IMG/VR virus record: IMGVR_UViG_3300023179_000035
Span: 52,395-116,394 of that record
DNA from: a virus
Length of the DNA stretch: 64,000 bases
Reading direction: 5' to 3' (one strand)
The notes beneath the pieces are model-generated. The model did no database searches and had not been told where the DNA came from. It saw only the letters and a list, made by a program, of their open reading frames with translations. The position numbers were made by a program, and so were the translations under genes. The first letter of the stretch is position 1; each line of letters begins with the position of its first letter. Shown here piece after piece: positions 28,426 through 37,921 of this stretch.

Positions 28426-31400
28426 GAGCGCGACAAAAAGCACTTCGAAGATCAAGCGTGTTAGTCCCGCGGGCAGATCAACCAGCTATGACTTTACTGT
28501 AAAAGACACGCATAGAATTCTTGCCAATGGGTTCTACACGTCGAACTGTTCCCACCCCGAGATCGAGACATTCATCAGCATCAAGCGTGACCTCAAGAAG
28601 GTGACCGGGGCCAACATCTCCATCCGCCTCACCGACGCCTTCATGCAGGCCGTCAAGGACGACTCAGAGTACACTCTCCGCTGGCCGGTGGAGTGCACGC
28701 CAGAGACAGCCAAGATCACCAAGGTGGTGAAGGCCAAGGAGGTCTGGGACCAGATCATCGATGCCGCATGGACTTCCGCGGAGCCTGGTCTTCTCTTCTG
28801 GGACACAGTTAAGAAGAACACTCCGACTGAGGCTTATGCCGATAAGGGATACAGCTCAGTCTCCACCAATCCGTGTCTTGCATATGACACACAAATTGCT
28901 GTTGCTGATGGGCGCGGCTACGTTTCTATCGGCGATCTAGCTGCTGCTGGTATGGATGTACCAGTCTACGCTCATGACAATGACACGGGCAGGATCGTTG
29001 TAAAGACTATGAGAAACCCGCGCCTTACTGGCGAGAGCATGCCTGTCTATAGAGTTACGATTGAAGGTGGTCACACGTTCAGGGCGACCAGCAACCACAC
29101 GATGATACTCCGCGATGGAACGCGGAAGACTGTGCAGGACCTGCAGCCGGGAGATCAACTATGGGTCGCCCAAAAGGCTCACGCCAAATTTAATGAAGTT
29201 CTGCCTGGCCTCCAAGCGACACAATCGCAGGATTATATCTGGGTCAAAGATTGCAACTCTAAGTCGTGGAAGGCTGAACACAGAATTCTTTGGGAAGCAC
29301 ACCATGACCGAAAGTTGGGTCTGCATGAGGTTATCCACCATGTAGATTTCAACGCGTCCAACAACGCAGTTGACAACCTGCTCTTGATGAGCAAAGAAGA
29401 TCATGACGCCTACCATGCATCTTTAATCAAGGGCAAGAACAATCCGATCTTCAAGATCAAGTCAGATCCTGCAAGATTTGCTGAGTACTCGGCAAAGATG
29501 TCTCAGTCTACTGGCGGGCTGAACAACCCAAGAGCTTACGACATTAGCAACGAAGAGCTGATGAAACACATTGAAGCTCTTGTCACATCTCTTGGGCGTC
29601 GCCCAAGCGGCGGCGACTGGGAGAGCTATGCTGCGCAAAACTCATTGCCTAAGTTTTTGAACTCATTTAGGCTAGGTGGCAAGAAGTTCTCACAGGTCGC
29701 TTCCGAGCTTTCTGATAAGCTTGGTATTGCGAATGACCTAACGTCAGCTGACCCGCGAATGGCGGCTAGAGCCCTTGAGGCGCAAGAGTCTGGATACTCA
29801 TGGCGTATCTTGAACAACGAACTAGAAGTCGAGAAGAAGTGTGAGTGGTGCGAGGCTAACTTCTGGAGTGCATACGATAGGAGAGAGATTTCTTTCTGCG
29901 GTCACTCTTGCTCAAATTATTACGCAAACCGTAAGGCTGGCAAGAATGCTGCTCGTGCCGCTTCTCTTCAAAAGATGCACGAAGAGAGGGGCACGAAGAA
30001 CAGAGTCGAACAGCTAAATGTCTACACCAAGCTGCGGTTTGAGCTTGGCAGAGACCCTCTGCTCGATGAGTGGGCAGACGCCTGCAAGTCGAACGAACTA
30101 CCCGTAAGGCTGGGGACGAAGAACGGCTTTGCTTCTTGGAAGCAGCTGAAATCTGAGGCTTCGCTTCACAACCACCGTGTTGTGTCTGTCGAATTTGCTG
30201 GACACGAAGACGTGTACAACGGGACAGTGGATGACGTTCACACGCTACTGTTCAAAGTTGGACAAGAAAGTGTCAAAGGCTTACGCAACCCTATCGACGT
30301 AATAATCGCAAGTGAACAATGCGGAGAGATCGTCCTGTCTCCATACGACTCCTGCAGGCTCCTCCTCCTCAATCTCAGTAAGTTTGTCAATGACCCCTTC
30401 ACACCCTCTGCTAAGTTCGACCACGAGCGTTTCAGCAAGGCAGTGGTAGTAGCACAGCGCCTCATGGACGACCTCGTCGACCTGGAGCTAGAGGCCGTCG
30501 ACAAGATCGTCGCCAAGGTGAAGGATGATCCAGAGACGGAAGAGGTGAAGCGGTCTGAGGTCGGCCTGTGGACCAAGATCCGTGAGGCCGCGACCAACGG
30601 CCGCAGGACGGGGCTCGGAGTCACCGCTCTCGGCGATGCCCTGGCCTTCCTCAACGTCCGCTATGGCTCCCAGGAGTCGGTCGACAAGACAGAGGAGATC
30701 TACAAGGCTCTGGAGACGGGAGCCTACACCTCCACCATCACCATGGCGTCAGAGCGCGGGTCGTTCCCAGCCTTCTCACACGCAGCGGAGGCTTCTCATC
30801 CCTTCGTCCAGAAGGTGGTGGCAGCACTACCCCAGGACGTCCAGGACCTCTACAAGAAGGTCGGCCGTCGCAACATCGCACTCACCACGACAGCTCCTGC
30901 AGGATCAGTGTCCTGCCTCACTCAGACGACCAGCGGCATTGAGCCTGCCTTCCTCGTCTCCTATACCCGTCGCAAGAAGCTCACCTCCACCGACGTCACC
31001 TCACGGGTCGACTTCGTGGATCAGCTCGGCGACAAGTGGCAGGAGTACAAGGTCTACCACCACGGCTACAAGAAGTGGATGGAGGTCACAGGCAAGGGCG
31101 ACGTGGTGGAGGAGTCTCCTTACTGGAAGGCGACGTCCAACGACGTGGACTGGCCCATGTCTGTCAAGCTCCAGGCTGCAGCCCAGAAGTGGGTGTGTCA
31201 CTCCCTGTCCAAGACCTGCAACCTTCCAGCCGACACGACTCGTGAGACTGTCGCAGACGTCTACATGTCGGCGTGGGAGAGCGGCTGCAAGGGATTCACA
31301 GTATACCGAGACGGCTGCCGCAGCGGCGTCCTGGTGGCCGAGGAGCCGAAGGCTGAGAAGAACGTTGACGTCGGGCAGCCCACGTCCATCCTAGAAAATC

Positions 31401-31951
31401 ACGCGCCCAAGAGGCCCAAGGAACTGCCGTGCGACATACACAGAATAAACGTGAAGGGCTCTGGAGGCCCGGAGAGCTATCTCGTCTTGGTAGGCAAGCT
31501 CGATGGGATGCCATACGAGGTCTTCTGTGGGCTGTCGTCCCACGTCGAGGTACCCAAGAAGGTGAAGAGCGGCGTCCTCATCAAGAACGGCAAGAAGGAC
31601 GGCCTGGCGACCTACAACCTCCAGATACCGCTAGGCGACGACGACTGCCTCCTCTTTAAGGACGTCGTCAACCTCTTCGACAACCCCAACTACGGCTCGT
31701 TCACCAGGACAATATCGCTGGCCCTCCGCCACGGCGTCCCCGTTTCGTACGTCTGTGAACAGCTCCAAAAGGACAAGCACAGCGACATGCAGAGCTTCTC
31801 AAGGGTCTTGTCTCGAGTCCTAAAGGGGTACATCCCAGACGGCACCAAGTCAGCTTCAGACAAGAAGTGCGGCAGCTGCGGCCTCGAGGGGCTCGTCTAC
31901 AAGGAAGGGTGCGTCTCTTGCATCAACTGCGGCGCCAGCCGCTGCGCGTAA
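28415..31951 (+). CDS. nrdJ: 44-aa split-intein C-fragment plus NrdJ C-extein containing a second, contiguous intein
   Basis: YDFTVKDTHRILANGFYTSN/CSHPEI. Then ANISI, EPGLLF, STNP[intein]CGE, GLGVTALGD, TTAPAGS, KGFTVYRDG and a C-terminal Zn ribbon. Confidence 0.9.
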   Translation: MEIKSATKSTSKIKRVSPAGRSTSYDFTVKDTHRILANGFYTSNCSHPEIETFISIKRDLKKVTGANISIRLTDAFMQAVKDDSEYTLRWPVECTPETAKITKVVKAKEVWDQIIDAAWTSAEPGLLFWDTVKKNTPTEAYADKGYSSVSTNPCLAYDTQIAVADGRGYVSIGDLAAAGMDVPVYAHDNDTGRIVVKTMRNPRLTGESMPVYRVTIEGGHTFRATSNHTMILRDGTRKTVQDLQPGDQLWVAQKAHAKFNEVLPGLQATQSQDYIWVKDCNSKSWKAEHRILWEAHHDRKLGLHEVIHHVDFNASNNAVDNLLLMSKEDHDAYHASLIKGKNNPIFKIKSDPARFAEYSAKMSQSTGGLNNPRAYDISNEELMKHIEALVTSLGRRPSGGDWESYAAQNSLPKFLNSFRLGGKKFSQVASELSDKLGIANDLTSADPRMAARALEAQESGYSWRILNNELEVEKKCEWCEANFWSAYDRREISFCGHSCSNYYANRKAGKNAARAASLQKMHEERGTKNRVEQLNVYTKLRFELGRDPLLDEWADACKSNELPVRLGTKNGFASWKQLKSEASLHNHRVVSVEFAGHEDVYNGTVDDVHTLLFKVGQESVKGLRNPIDVIIASEQCGEIVLSPYDSCRLLLLNLSKFVNDPFTPSAKFDHERFSKAVVVAQRLMDDLVDLELEAVDKIVAKVKDDPETEEVKRSEVGLWTKIREAATNGRRTGLGVTALGDALAFLNVRYGSQESVDKTEEIYKALETGAYTSTITMASERGSFPAFSHAAEASHPFVQKVVAALPQDVQDLYKKVGRRNIALTTTAPAGSVSCLTQTTSGIEPAFLVSYTRRKKLTSTDVTSRVDFVDQLGDKWQEYKVYHHGYKKWMEVTGKGDVVEESPYWKATSNDVDWPMSVKLQAAAQKWVCHSLSKTCNLPADTTRETVADVYMSAWESGCKGFTVYRDGCRSGVLVAEEPKAEKNVDVGQPTSILENHAPKRPKELPCDIHRINVKGSGGPESYLVLVGKLDGMPYEVFCGLSSHVEVPKKVKSGVLIKNGKKDGLATYNLQIPLGDDDCLLFKDVVNLFDNPNYGSFTRTISLALRHGVPVSYVCEQLQKDKHSDMQSFSRVLSRVLKGYIPDGTKSASDKKCGSCGLEGLVYKEGCVSCINCGASRCA
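28874..30319 (+). mobile_element. Contiguous 482-aa intein with HNH endonuclease at the RNR NP/CGE active-site loop, ending in Gln
   Basis: STNP|CLAYDTQIAV...ATSNH...EHR...IHHVDFNASNNAVDNLLLM..H...EDVYNGTVDDVH...SEQ|CGE. Confidence 0.9.
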
Positions 31952-31963
31952 CGTCATAGTTAA

Positions 31964-32266
31964 GTGTCAATGAAGAAGACAAAGAGAGTCGTGCTTGGCG
32001 TTGACCTCGACGCACTGTCACCACCGCCCCAGCAGGCCCTATCAGAAGGCCTGCTGGGGACGGAGTCAGACGCTAAGATAACGCAGGCTGTGGAAGCTTT
32101 AGTCGGCATACTGGAGCAGGCTATCCAAAATCACATACGGCAGGACATGTCGAAGGACCCTGTCCAGAGGAGCGAGGCGATGGTAGAAGCCAGCGGGCGC
32201 ATCAATGCCATAAGGAAGTCTGTGACGCAGGCGGTGGTAGACTGCCTGACAGCTTCTCACTTGTGA
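31964..32266 (+). CDS. Hypothetical protein
   Basis: 100-aa ORF with ATAGTTA just upstream. Alternative ATG at 31970. Confidence 0.5.
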   Translation: MSMKKTKRVVLGVDLDALSPPPQQALSEGLLGTESDAKITQAVEALVGILEQAIQNHIRQDMSKDPVQRSEAMVEASGRINAIRKSVTQAVVDCLTASHL

Positions 32267-32318
32267 CACGGTAGAATGAACTGTCACCTAGCTAGTTTGT
32301 AACTTATTACACACAGGC

Positions 32319-33092
32319 ATGCGACAGTTCAGCCCAAGCGTATTCTTCAAGTCAGTGGACGTCCTAGACAAGGGCTCGGTAGAGCTCTTTGACGCCATGC
32401 TGATGGACCCACGGCTCAAGGTCGTCAATTCAGCCCGCGTCTCCTTCAGCAAGACGTCAGATGAATTCTCCGACAAGGACGCCAAGCTCGTCAAGTACCT
32501 CTACGAGCACGGCCACTTCTCGACCTACCGCCACTCCTACTTCTCTTTTAGGATCAAGGCACCTCTCTTCGTCTTCCGCCAGTGGTGGAAGTACCAGGTC
32601 GGATCGAACTGGGAGGAGGGAGATGAGCTTGGATCTCCTGTCATCGTTCCTGATACGAGCTGGAACGAGCAGAGCGGCAGGTATGCAGAGTTCAAGCCGG
32701 AATTTTACATCCCGTCGAAGATCCGCAAGCAGTCAGCCAGCAACAAGCAGGGGTCATCTGGCGAGAGCGTCGATAGCATCAGCGTTTTGTCAGACATTCA
32801 TGTCGGCCAGAAGACAAGCGTCCCGGCCCGGGATTATTTCCTAGAGGCCTGCCAGAAGTCTTTTGAGCACTACACCACCATGGTCGAAGCCGGCGTCGCC
32901 AAAGAGGTAGCCCGCCTCGTTCTCCCCCAGAACATCTACTCTGAGTGCATCTGGACGTGCTCTCTCCAGACCCTCATCCACTTCTTCAACCAGCGTCTAA
33001 AGCCGGACGCGCAGCTCGAGATCAGAGAGTACGCTGAAGCTGTCTTCAGCCTTGTAGAACCCCTGACCCAGGGGCTAATTTCCAAGCCATGA
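32319..33092 (+). CDS. thyX: Flavin-dependent thymidylate synthase
   Basis: VNSARVS, GHFS, APLFVFRQW, SWNEQSGRY, EVARLVLP, AQLEIREYA. Confidence 0.9.
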   Translation: MRQFSPSVFFKSVDVLDKGSVELFDAMLMDPRLKVVNSARVSFSKTSDEFSDKDAKLVKYLYEHGHFSTYRHSYFSFRIKAPLFVFRQWWKYQVGSNWEEGDELGSPVIVPDTSWNEQSGRYAEFKPEFYIPSKIRKQSASNKQGSSGESVDSISVLSDIHVGQKTSVPARDYFLEACQKSFEHYTTMVEAGVAKEVARLVLPQNIYSECIWTCSLQTLIHFFNQRLKPDAQLEIREYAEAVFSLVEPLTQGLISKP

Positions 33093-33670
33093 GCGCCAAG
33101 TTAATCGTGATCGAGGGACCAGATTCGTGCGGTAAGAACACTCAGTCAAGGCTCTTGGCTGAGCACTACAGGCTACAGGGAAAGAAATCTCTCTGCATCC
33201 AAGTTCCCATCATGGATGGCATCACTTACACCATGATCTACGCTTCCCTAAAGTCCGGGATCGCTGGGAAGTACCCCAACTTCTTCCAAGCGCTAAACGC
33301 TCTCAACAGGTTCTTGTTCCAGTGGGCTGTCCTCCCGATCCTATCTCTGGTCTACGACTACATCATCTTCGATAGGTGGTCTCTCTCGATGGTGGTCTAC
33401 GGAGACGCGTCGGGAGCAGATCCTAATCTAACAAGAAGGTTGCACCGGATGGTGAAGCAGCCTGATTTCACAGTCATCATCAACGGCCCCTCCCACGCCC
33501 GTCGCAGCAGAGATTCTTACGAGAGAGATTCAAACCTCCAGCGTCTCGTCCGCGTTGGGTACGCCGATTGGTACGATAAGAATCCCAAGAATACAGCCCT
33601 TGTCCTCTCCAACGGTGGCACCGCAATTCAAATTCATGACCAGATACTAACAGCCCTTAAGGGTGTATAA
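33089..33670 (+). CDS. tmk: Thymidylate kinase
   Basis: IVIEGPDSCGKNTQ, IFDRWSLS, QPDFTV. Confidence 0.85.
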   Translation: MSAKLIVIEGPDSCGKNTQSRLLAEHYRLQGKKSLCIQVPIMDGITYTMIYASLKSGIAGKYPNFFQALNALNRFLFQWAVLPILSLVYDYIIFDRWSLSMVVYGDASGADPNLTRRLHRMVKQPDFTVIINGPSHARRSRDSYERDSNLQRLVRVGYADWYDKNPKNTALVLSNGGTAIQIHDQILTALKGV

Positions 33671-33689
33671 CTTACAAAGGAGAAAACAC

Positions 33690-33932
33690 ATGACACTAAA
33701 GCTTGCAGACAGCGTTCTTCATCGTTTTGTTCAGATCATCCAGGAGGCCATGCTGACCGGGACTGATTGCGCCGATCACATGAGAATGGTGCGCCTCGTA
33801 GCGGATTCATCTGACCCGCACACTCTTGTCCTATCGGATGAGTACAAGGCTCAGGTGGAGCAGATTCACAAGAAATATTTGGCTGAAATTGAGGCTAGGA
33901 CGTCGCAGGGGTCTAAGTCAATTGAAAATTGA
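33690..33932 (+). CDS. Hypothetical protein
   Basis: AAGGAG SD with TATAAC upstream. 80 aa. Confidence 0.65.
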   Translation: MTLKLADSVLHRFVQIIQEAMLTGTDCADHMRMVRLVADSSDPHTLVLSDEYKAQVEQIHKKYLAEIEARTSQGSKSIEN

Positions 33933-34005
33933 GCTTGAGTTTTTCTTTATCGTAGGCGTCCTAATAGGGCTGTGGATTGTCTTTCACAAGGAAGGTTCTG
34001 AGTAA
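33922..34005 (+). CDS. Putative 27-aa single-pass membrane peptide
   Basis: TTG start overlapping the upstream gene end. Reads (M)KIELEFFFIVGVLIGLWIVFHKEGSE. Confidence 0.35.
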   Translation: MKIELEFFFIVGVLIGLWIVFHKEGSE

Positions 34006-34100
34006 GAGAAAAATTTTAGGCAGCCCCTTCCCTTCCTTGAGATGGTGATTACTACATCCGAGCGGTTGAAAATGACAGCCGCAGAGGAGAAGACAAGACG

Positions 34101-34469
34101 ATGCTCTCAAGGTACAAGAATGATATCGTGTCACCATACTACAGCCTGTTTGATTATGACCTATTCGGACTATACCCTGCCGATATTCTGCCAACGGCCT
34201 ACAGGGCCAAGAAGGTAGACAGGGGCTTAGAGATATCTCTTGACGTTCCAGGAGTCAAGCCTGAGGACCTTAACGTCACCCTTGAGGGTAGGACTCTCAA
34301 GGTGAAAGGACAGTCACGTGGAAGGCAGCTGTCGTACTCATACATCATCCCTAGGGACTATGACGCAAGCGCTGTCGATGCGCAGCTGGAAAATGGCGTC
34401 TTGACTCTTGTCTTTGACAGGGCTGCAGAACTAGAACCAAAGAAGGTAGAAGTCAGGACTGTGTCCTAA
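34101..34469 (+). CDS. Small heat-shock protein (Hsp20/alpha-crystallin)
   Basis: LDVPGVKPEDLNV...LKVKG...AQLENGVLTL...KVEV. GAGGAG SD. Confidence 0.9.
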   Translation: MLSRYKNDIVSPYYSLFDYDLFGLYPADILPTAYRAKKVDRGLEISLDVPGVKPEDLNVTLEGRTLKVKGQSRGRQLSYSYIIPRDYDASAVDAQLENGVLTLVFDRAAELEPKKVEVRTVS

Positions 34470-34488
34470 CATCCGCCACACTTGTGGT

Positions 34489-34528
34489 TGCGACAGGGGA
34501 GGCAATTTGCCTCCCCTGTCGCATATTT
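34489..34528. terminator. Long inverted repeat after hsp20 (probable terminator)
   Basis: 17-bp arms TGCGACAGGGGAGGCAA-T-TTGCCTCCCCTGTCGCA, followed by TATTT. Confidence 0.7.
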
Positions 34529-34535
34529 ACGACTT

Positions 34536-35177
34536 GTGGAATCTCTAGAAGAGAAGAAGCGTAGAAAAAAAATTAATCCTGTCTACCTAAAGGGCGTAGG
34601 CGGAAAGGCTCGTACTGAGCGTCGAAGAGAGATCGAGCGCCGCTCTAAAGAGCCGCACGAGGATCCGCACTCCTATAGGCCCTTTAAGACAGACAGGAAC
34701 ACAAGAACTGGCAAGACTCGGAAGACGAAGCCCTCAAAGTGGAACGAAAAAGTCAGGCAAATGTTTGGAGAAGCCATGAGTGACGTAGATTTTACAGTTG
34801 AAGAGCTGATGGAAGCAGAGCTCGACCTCCTGGAAGCGGAGCTCATTGAAGAGGATACCGACGCTCTAGAGGGGGCTGAGCTGCTGGAGTCGTACCTTGT
34901 CGAGTACCTTCTCTTGGAGAAGAAGAAGGGCAAGTCCAACGTCACCCAAGCTCTCAAGAACAAGGCTAAGAAGGCTAACGCACCGATGGGAGCACTTAGA
35001 GCGATCTACAACAAGGGCTTGGCCGCCTGGAGGACAGGACACCGTCCAGGAGCATCACAAGCAGCGTGGGGAATGGCACGTGTCAATTCAGTCCTAGCAG
35101 GCGGCCCTGCTCGTAAAGTTGACGCCGCTCAGTGGAAGAGCATTCAAAAACACCGCGCTAAGAAGCGCAAGAAGTGA
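34536..35177 (+). CDS. Basic-acidic-basic hypothetical protein with a conserved-looking GLAAWRTGHRPGA...WGMARVNS domain
   Basis: Likely GTG start 6 nt after ATATTTA. Basic N-terminus, acidic middle, basic C-terminal domain. Confidence 0.6.
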   Translation: MESLEEKKRRKKINPVYLKGVGGKARTERRREIERRSKEPHEDPHSYRPFKTDRNTRTGKTRKTKPSKWNEKVRQMFGEAMSDVDFTVEELMEAELDLLEAELIEEDTDALEGAELLESYLVEYLLLEKKKGKSNVTQALKNKAKKANAPMGALRAIYNKGLAAWRTGHRPGASQAAWGMARVNSVLAGGPARKVDAAQWKSIQKHRAKKRKK

Positions 35178-35559
35178 CAGAGATGGTAGGACTCATCAAG
35201 CTCCTGGTCAAGGAGATGTTGTTGGTTCTACTTGCGTGAGAGATAGCTCGATAGACGGCAGAGGCCTATTCGCAGGTGGCTACATCCCGCCTGGATTTGA
35301 TAAGCTATACTCTGCAGGTTACCCTAACACACTCGATAGGTCGCAGAGAGCTGAGTTTGAGAAATACGCGTCTTTTGATGGTGAAGTTTGGACCCTCTCT
35401 GGGGACGGCGCTGTTTTCATAAATCGCAGTGATGAACCTAACTTGGCTGTCGCGCCTGGTCCTAGGAGGCCTTCGACACGAGATCTAGTCGCTGTCAAGA
35501 GCATATTGCCTGGAGAAGAGCTAACCATGGACTACGGTGAGGTAGGCATCGACTCGTAG
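35174..35559 (+). CDS. SET-domain protein (start uncertain, possibly frameshifted near 35220)
   Basis: SSIDGRGLFA...FINRSDEPNL...AVKSILPGEELTMDY. Confidence 0.75.
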
Positions 35560-35607
35560 GATCAAACAGTTAAAAAACTTCACATGGTGCTGTATGGTAC
35601 TAACACC

Positions 35608-36117
35608 ATGAGTCCCGATAAAGACGCCGCTCTCTGCGCCAAGTATCCCAAGATCTTTCGTGATCGTAACGCACCGATGAACCAGACCTGCATGTGCTGG
35701 GGATTTGACGTCGGAGACGGCTGGTACGACCTGATCGACACCCTGTGCGACGACATCCAGAATGAAGTTGACAACGACGTTCGCCAGCAGGGCTACAAGA
35801 TCGAGCGTGGCGACCTGAAGCCAGAGGACGCAATCCCTGAGGAGGACATGCAGGTCGTTGCCATACAGGTCAAGGAGAAGTTCGGTGGCTTGCGCTTCTA
35901 CACCAGCGGTGCCTCCGAGCGTGTCGACGGCATGATCTCCATGGCAGAGAGCATGTCATACAAGATCTGTGAGACCTGCGGCAGCCCAGGTCGTCCCAAC
36001 AAGGACGGGTGGATTGCTACGCTTTGTGACCCATGCCGAGAAGCTCGCGACAAGGAGAGAGCTGCCCGTGATGCCGAGCTAAAGAGCAGGCTGGACCTCA
36101 AGCAAGGCACGCCGTGA
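35608..36117 (+). CDS. Phage hypothetical protein with C-terminal Zn ribbon
   Basis: GDGWYDLI...QVKEKFGGLRFY...CETCG...LCDPC. Confidence 0.7.
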   Translation: MSPDKDAALCAKYPKIFRDRNAPMNQTCMCWGFDVGDGWYDLIDTLCDDIQNEVDNDVRQQGYKIERGDLKPEDAIPEEDMQVVAIQVKEKFGGLRFYTSGASERVDGMISMAESMSYKICETCGSPGRPNKDGWIATLCDPCREARDKERAARDAELKSRLDLKQGTP

Positions 36118-36965
36118 AGCTCGCCTGGTGCACAGACATCCACTTGGACTTCCTGGACGGTCCCGGCAGGCCGAATACTATTTACCAGGATTTTGCCAAA
36201 CCGCTGTCTGACGTAGACAGCGACGCGGTCATGATTACAGGAGATATCTCCCTCTCCAGCATGCTGCCTCGTCATCTGTCAGATCTTGAGGCTGTCGTTA
36301 GAAAGCCAATCTACTTTGTCCTTGGAAACCACGATATTTACGGAAGCTCATTTGGCGCTGTACACGACCAGGTAAAAAACCTGTGCTCGTCATCAAAGAA
36401 CCTGAAGTACTTGACAGGGTCGGGTCCGGTCTCTCTCACGAGAAAGACTGCACTCGTCGGAGACGACGGTTGGTACGACGCTTACCACGGCGACGCTTCG
36501 CGATCTCCCTACGTCATGTCGGACTGGGTCCAGATCGCTGACTACGTCAACGCTGGCTGCGCTCAGAGCACTGGGATGTATGGCCCACGGCCTAACATGG
36601 GAAGCGTCATCGCTATCTCTCGAAAGATTGCTTTTGACGCGGCCGAGAGGATGAGGGCTGCCGCTTCGGCCGCGTCAAAGTCTCACAAAGTCGTCGTCAT
36701 CCTCACACATGTGCCGCCGTGGGTTCAGGCGCATCGACTCGATGGCAAGAGTGGGTCAGTTGTAGCGCACCCGTGGTACACTTCTAAGCTGATGGGCGAC
36801 GCGATCGAGGAGGTCGCGAGAGAGCACCCCAGCGTACGATACGAGGTCTTTTGTGGCCACACACACGGGCAGTACGACGCTAAGATAGCAGACAATGTCT
36901 CCTGTCATGTCGGAGGCGCTGAGTACGGCAAGCCTGACATCGTAGGCACTGTATTACTTGAATAG
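36114..36965 (+). CDS. Calcineurin-like metallophosphoesterase
   Basis: TDIH, TGD, GNHD, THVPP, GHTH. Confidence 0.9.
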   Translation: MKLAWCTDIHLDFLDGPGRPNTIYQDFAKPLSDVDSDAVMITGDISLSSMLPRHLSDLEAVVRKPIYFVLGNHDIYGSSFGAVHDQVKNLCSSSKNLKYLTGSGPVSLTRKTALVGDDGWYDAYHGDASRSPYVMSDWVQIADYVNAGCAQSTGMYGPRPNMGSVIAISRKIAFDAAERMRAAASAASKSHKVVVILTHVPPWVQAHRLDGKSGSVVAHPWYTSKLMGDAIEEVAREHPSVRYEVFCGHTHGQYDAKIADNVSCHVGGAEYGKPDIVGTVLLE

Positions 36966-36974
36966 TTAACTGTC

Positions 36975-37916
36975 ATGTCAATATCCCCACGTCGTTTAAT
37001 GCCTGGCAATAGGGTCGCTATCGTGGCGCCTTCATCTCCGTTCGACGCCCACGAGCTGCAGGACGGAATTGATACCATATCTGCCATGGGCCTCGTGCCG
37101 GTCCTCGGCCCAAACGTCAAAAATCTTCGCGTCAGGACGATACACTCAGCCTCGGCCCAGCAGAGGGCAAACGAGTTAATGTGGGCTTTCACGCACCCTG
37201 ACATCCACGCTATCCTCTGCGTTCGCGGCGGGTACGGCTCAGCCGAGGTCCTCCCCCTCCTCGACTTTGACGCCATCGGCGACGCCAGGAAGGTTTTCAT
37301 CGGAAAGTCAGACGCCACAGCGCTGACCAACGGTATCTACAGCAGGTGTGGCCTGGTGGCAGTTTGCGGCCGGACCGCCTCTATACGAGGCGATTTCTCC
37401 GACTCAGACGTCAAGTCCCTAGAGGACACGCTTCGTCTATGCATGAATAACCTCGAGTGGGGCAGCAGGCCATTCGACAACAGCAACATAACCCCTCGGA
37501 CTGTCAGCCCAGGCAGGGCGGTGGGTCCAGCTATCGGAGGTAACCTTGAGACGCTGTGCACGCTGCTCGGGACGCAGTACTTTCCTGACCCAGAGGGTGC
37601 CGTCCTCTTCATAGAGGACGTCCACAAGGGAGGGACGTCTATCGCTAGGAAGCTGTTACACCTCAAGATGACGGGAGTGCTCAGCAGCGTAGCGGGAATA
37701 GTCATCGGTGAGTTTTCAGACATCCCCAAGAAGTCTGACCCAGACGACCCCTCTATAGAAGATGTCATCTTAGAGTACCTGACGGGTGGTGCTCCCTGCG
37801 TCTATGGCTACAGCTTCTCACACGGCGAGTACACTTGTCCTGTCCCAATCGGTGCCATGACTGTCATGGACGCTGACACGCGCGAAGTCTCTTTCAAATT
37901 TTCGATGGGGAGGTAA
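36975..37916 (+). CDS. LD-carboxypeptidase (peptidase S66, LdcA/MccF family)
   Basis: IVAPSS, RGGYG, catalytic GKSD (Ser), FIED (Glu), SHG (His), GGNL. Confidence 0.9.
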   Translation: MSISPRRLMPGNRVAIVAPSSPFDAHELQDGIDTISAMGLVPVLGPNVKNLRVRTIHSASAQQRANELMWAFTHPDIHAILCVRGGYGSAEVLPLLDFDAIGDARKVFIGKSDATALTNGIYSRCGLVAVCGRTASIRGDFSDSDVKSLEDTLRLCMNNLEWGSRPFDNSNITPRTVSPGRAVGPAIGGNLETLCTLLGTQYFPDPEGAVLFIEDVHKGGTSIARKLLHLKMTGVLSSVAGIVIGEFSDIPKKSDPDDPSIEDVILEYLTGGAPCVYGYSFSHGEYTCPVPIGAMTVMDADTREVSFKFSMGR

Positions 37917-37921
37917 GCACA

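Noticed and set aside
34030-34100. Sigma32 promoter or RNA thermometer upstream of hsp20
   Set aside because: The CTTGAG...CTACAT spacing is too short, and the GCGGTTG/CAGCCGC hairpin does not cover the SD.
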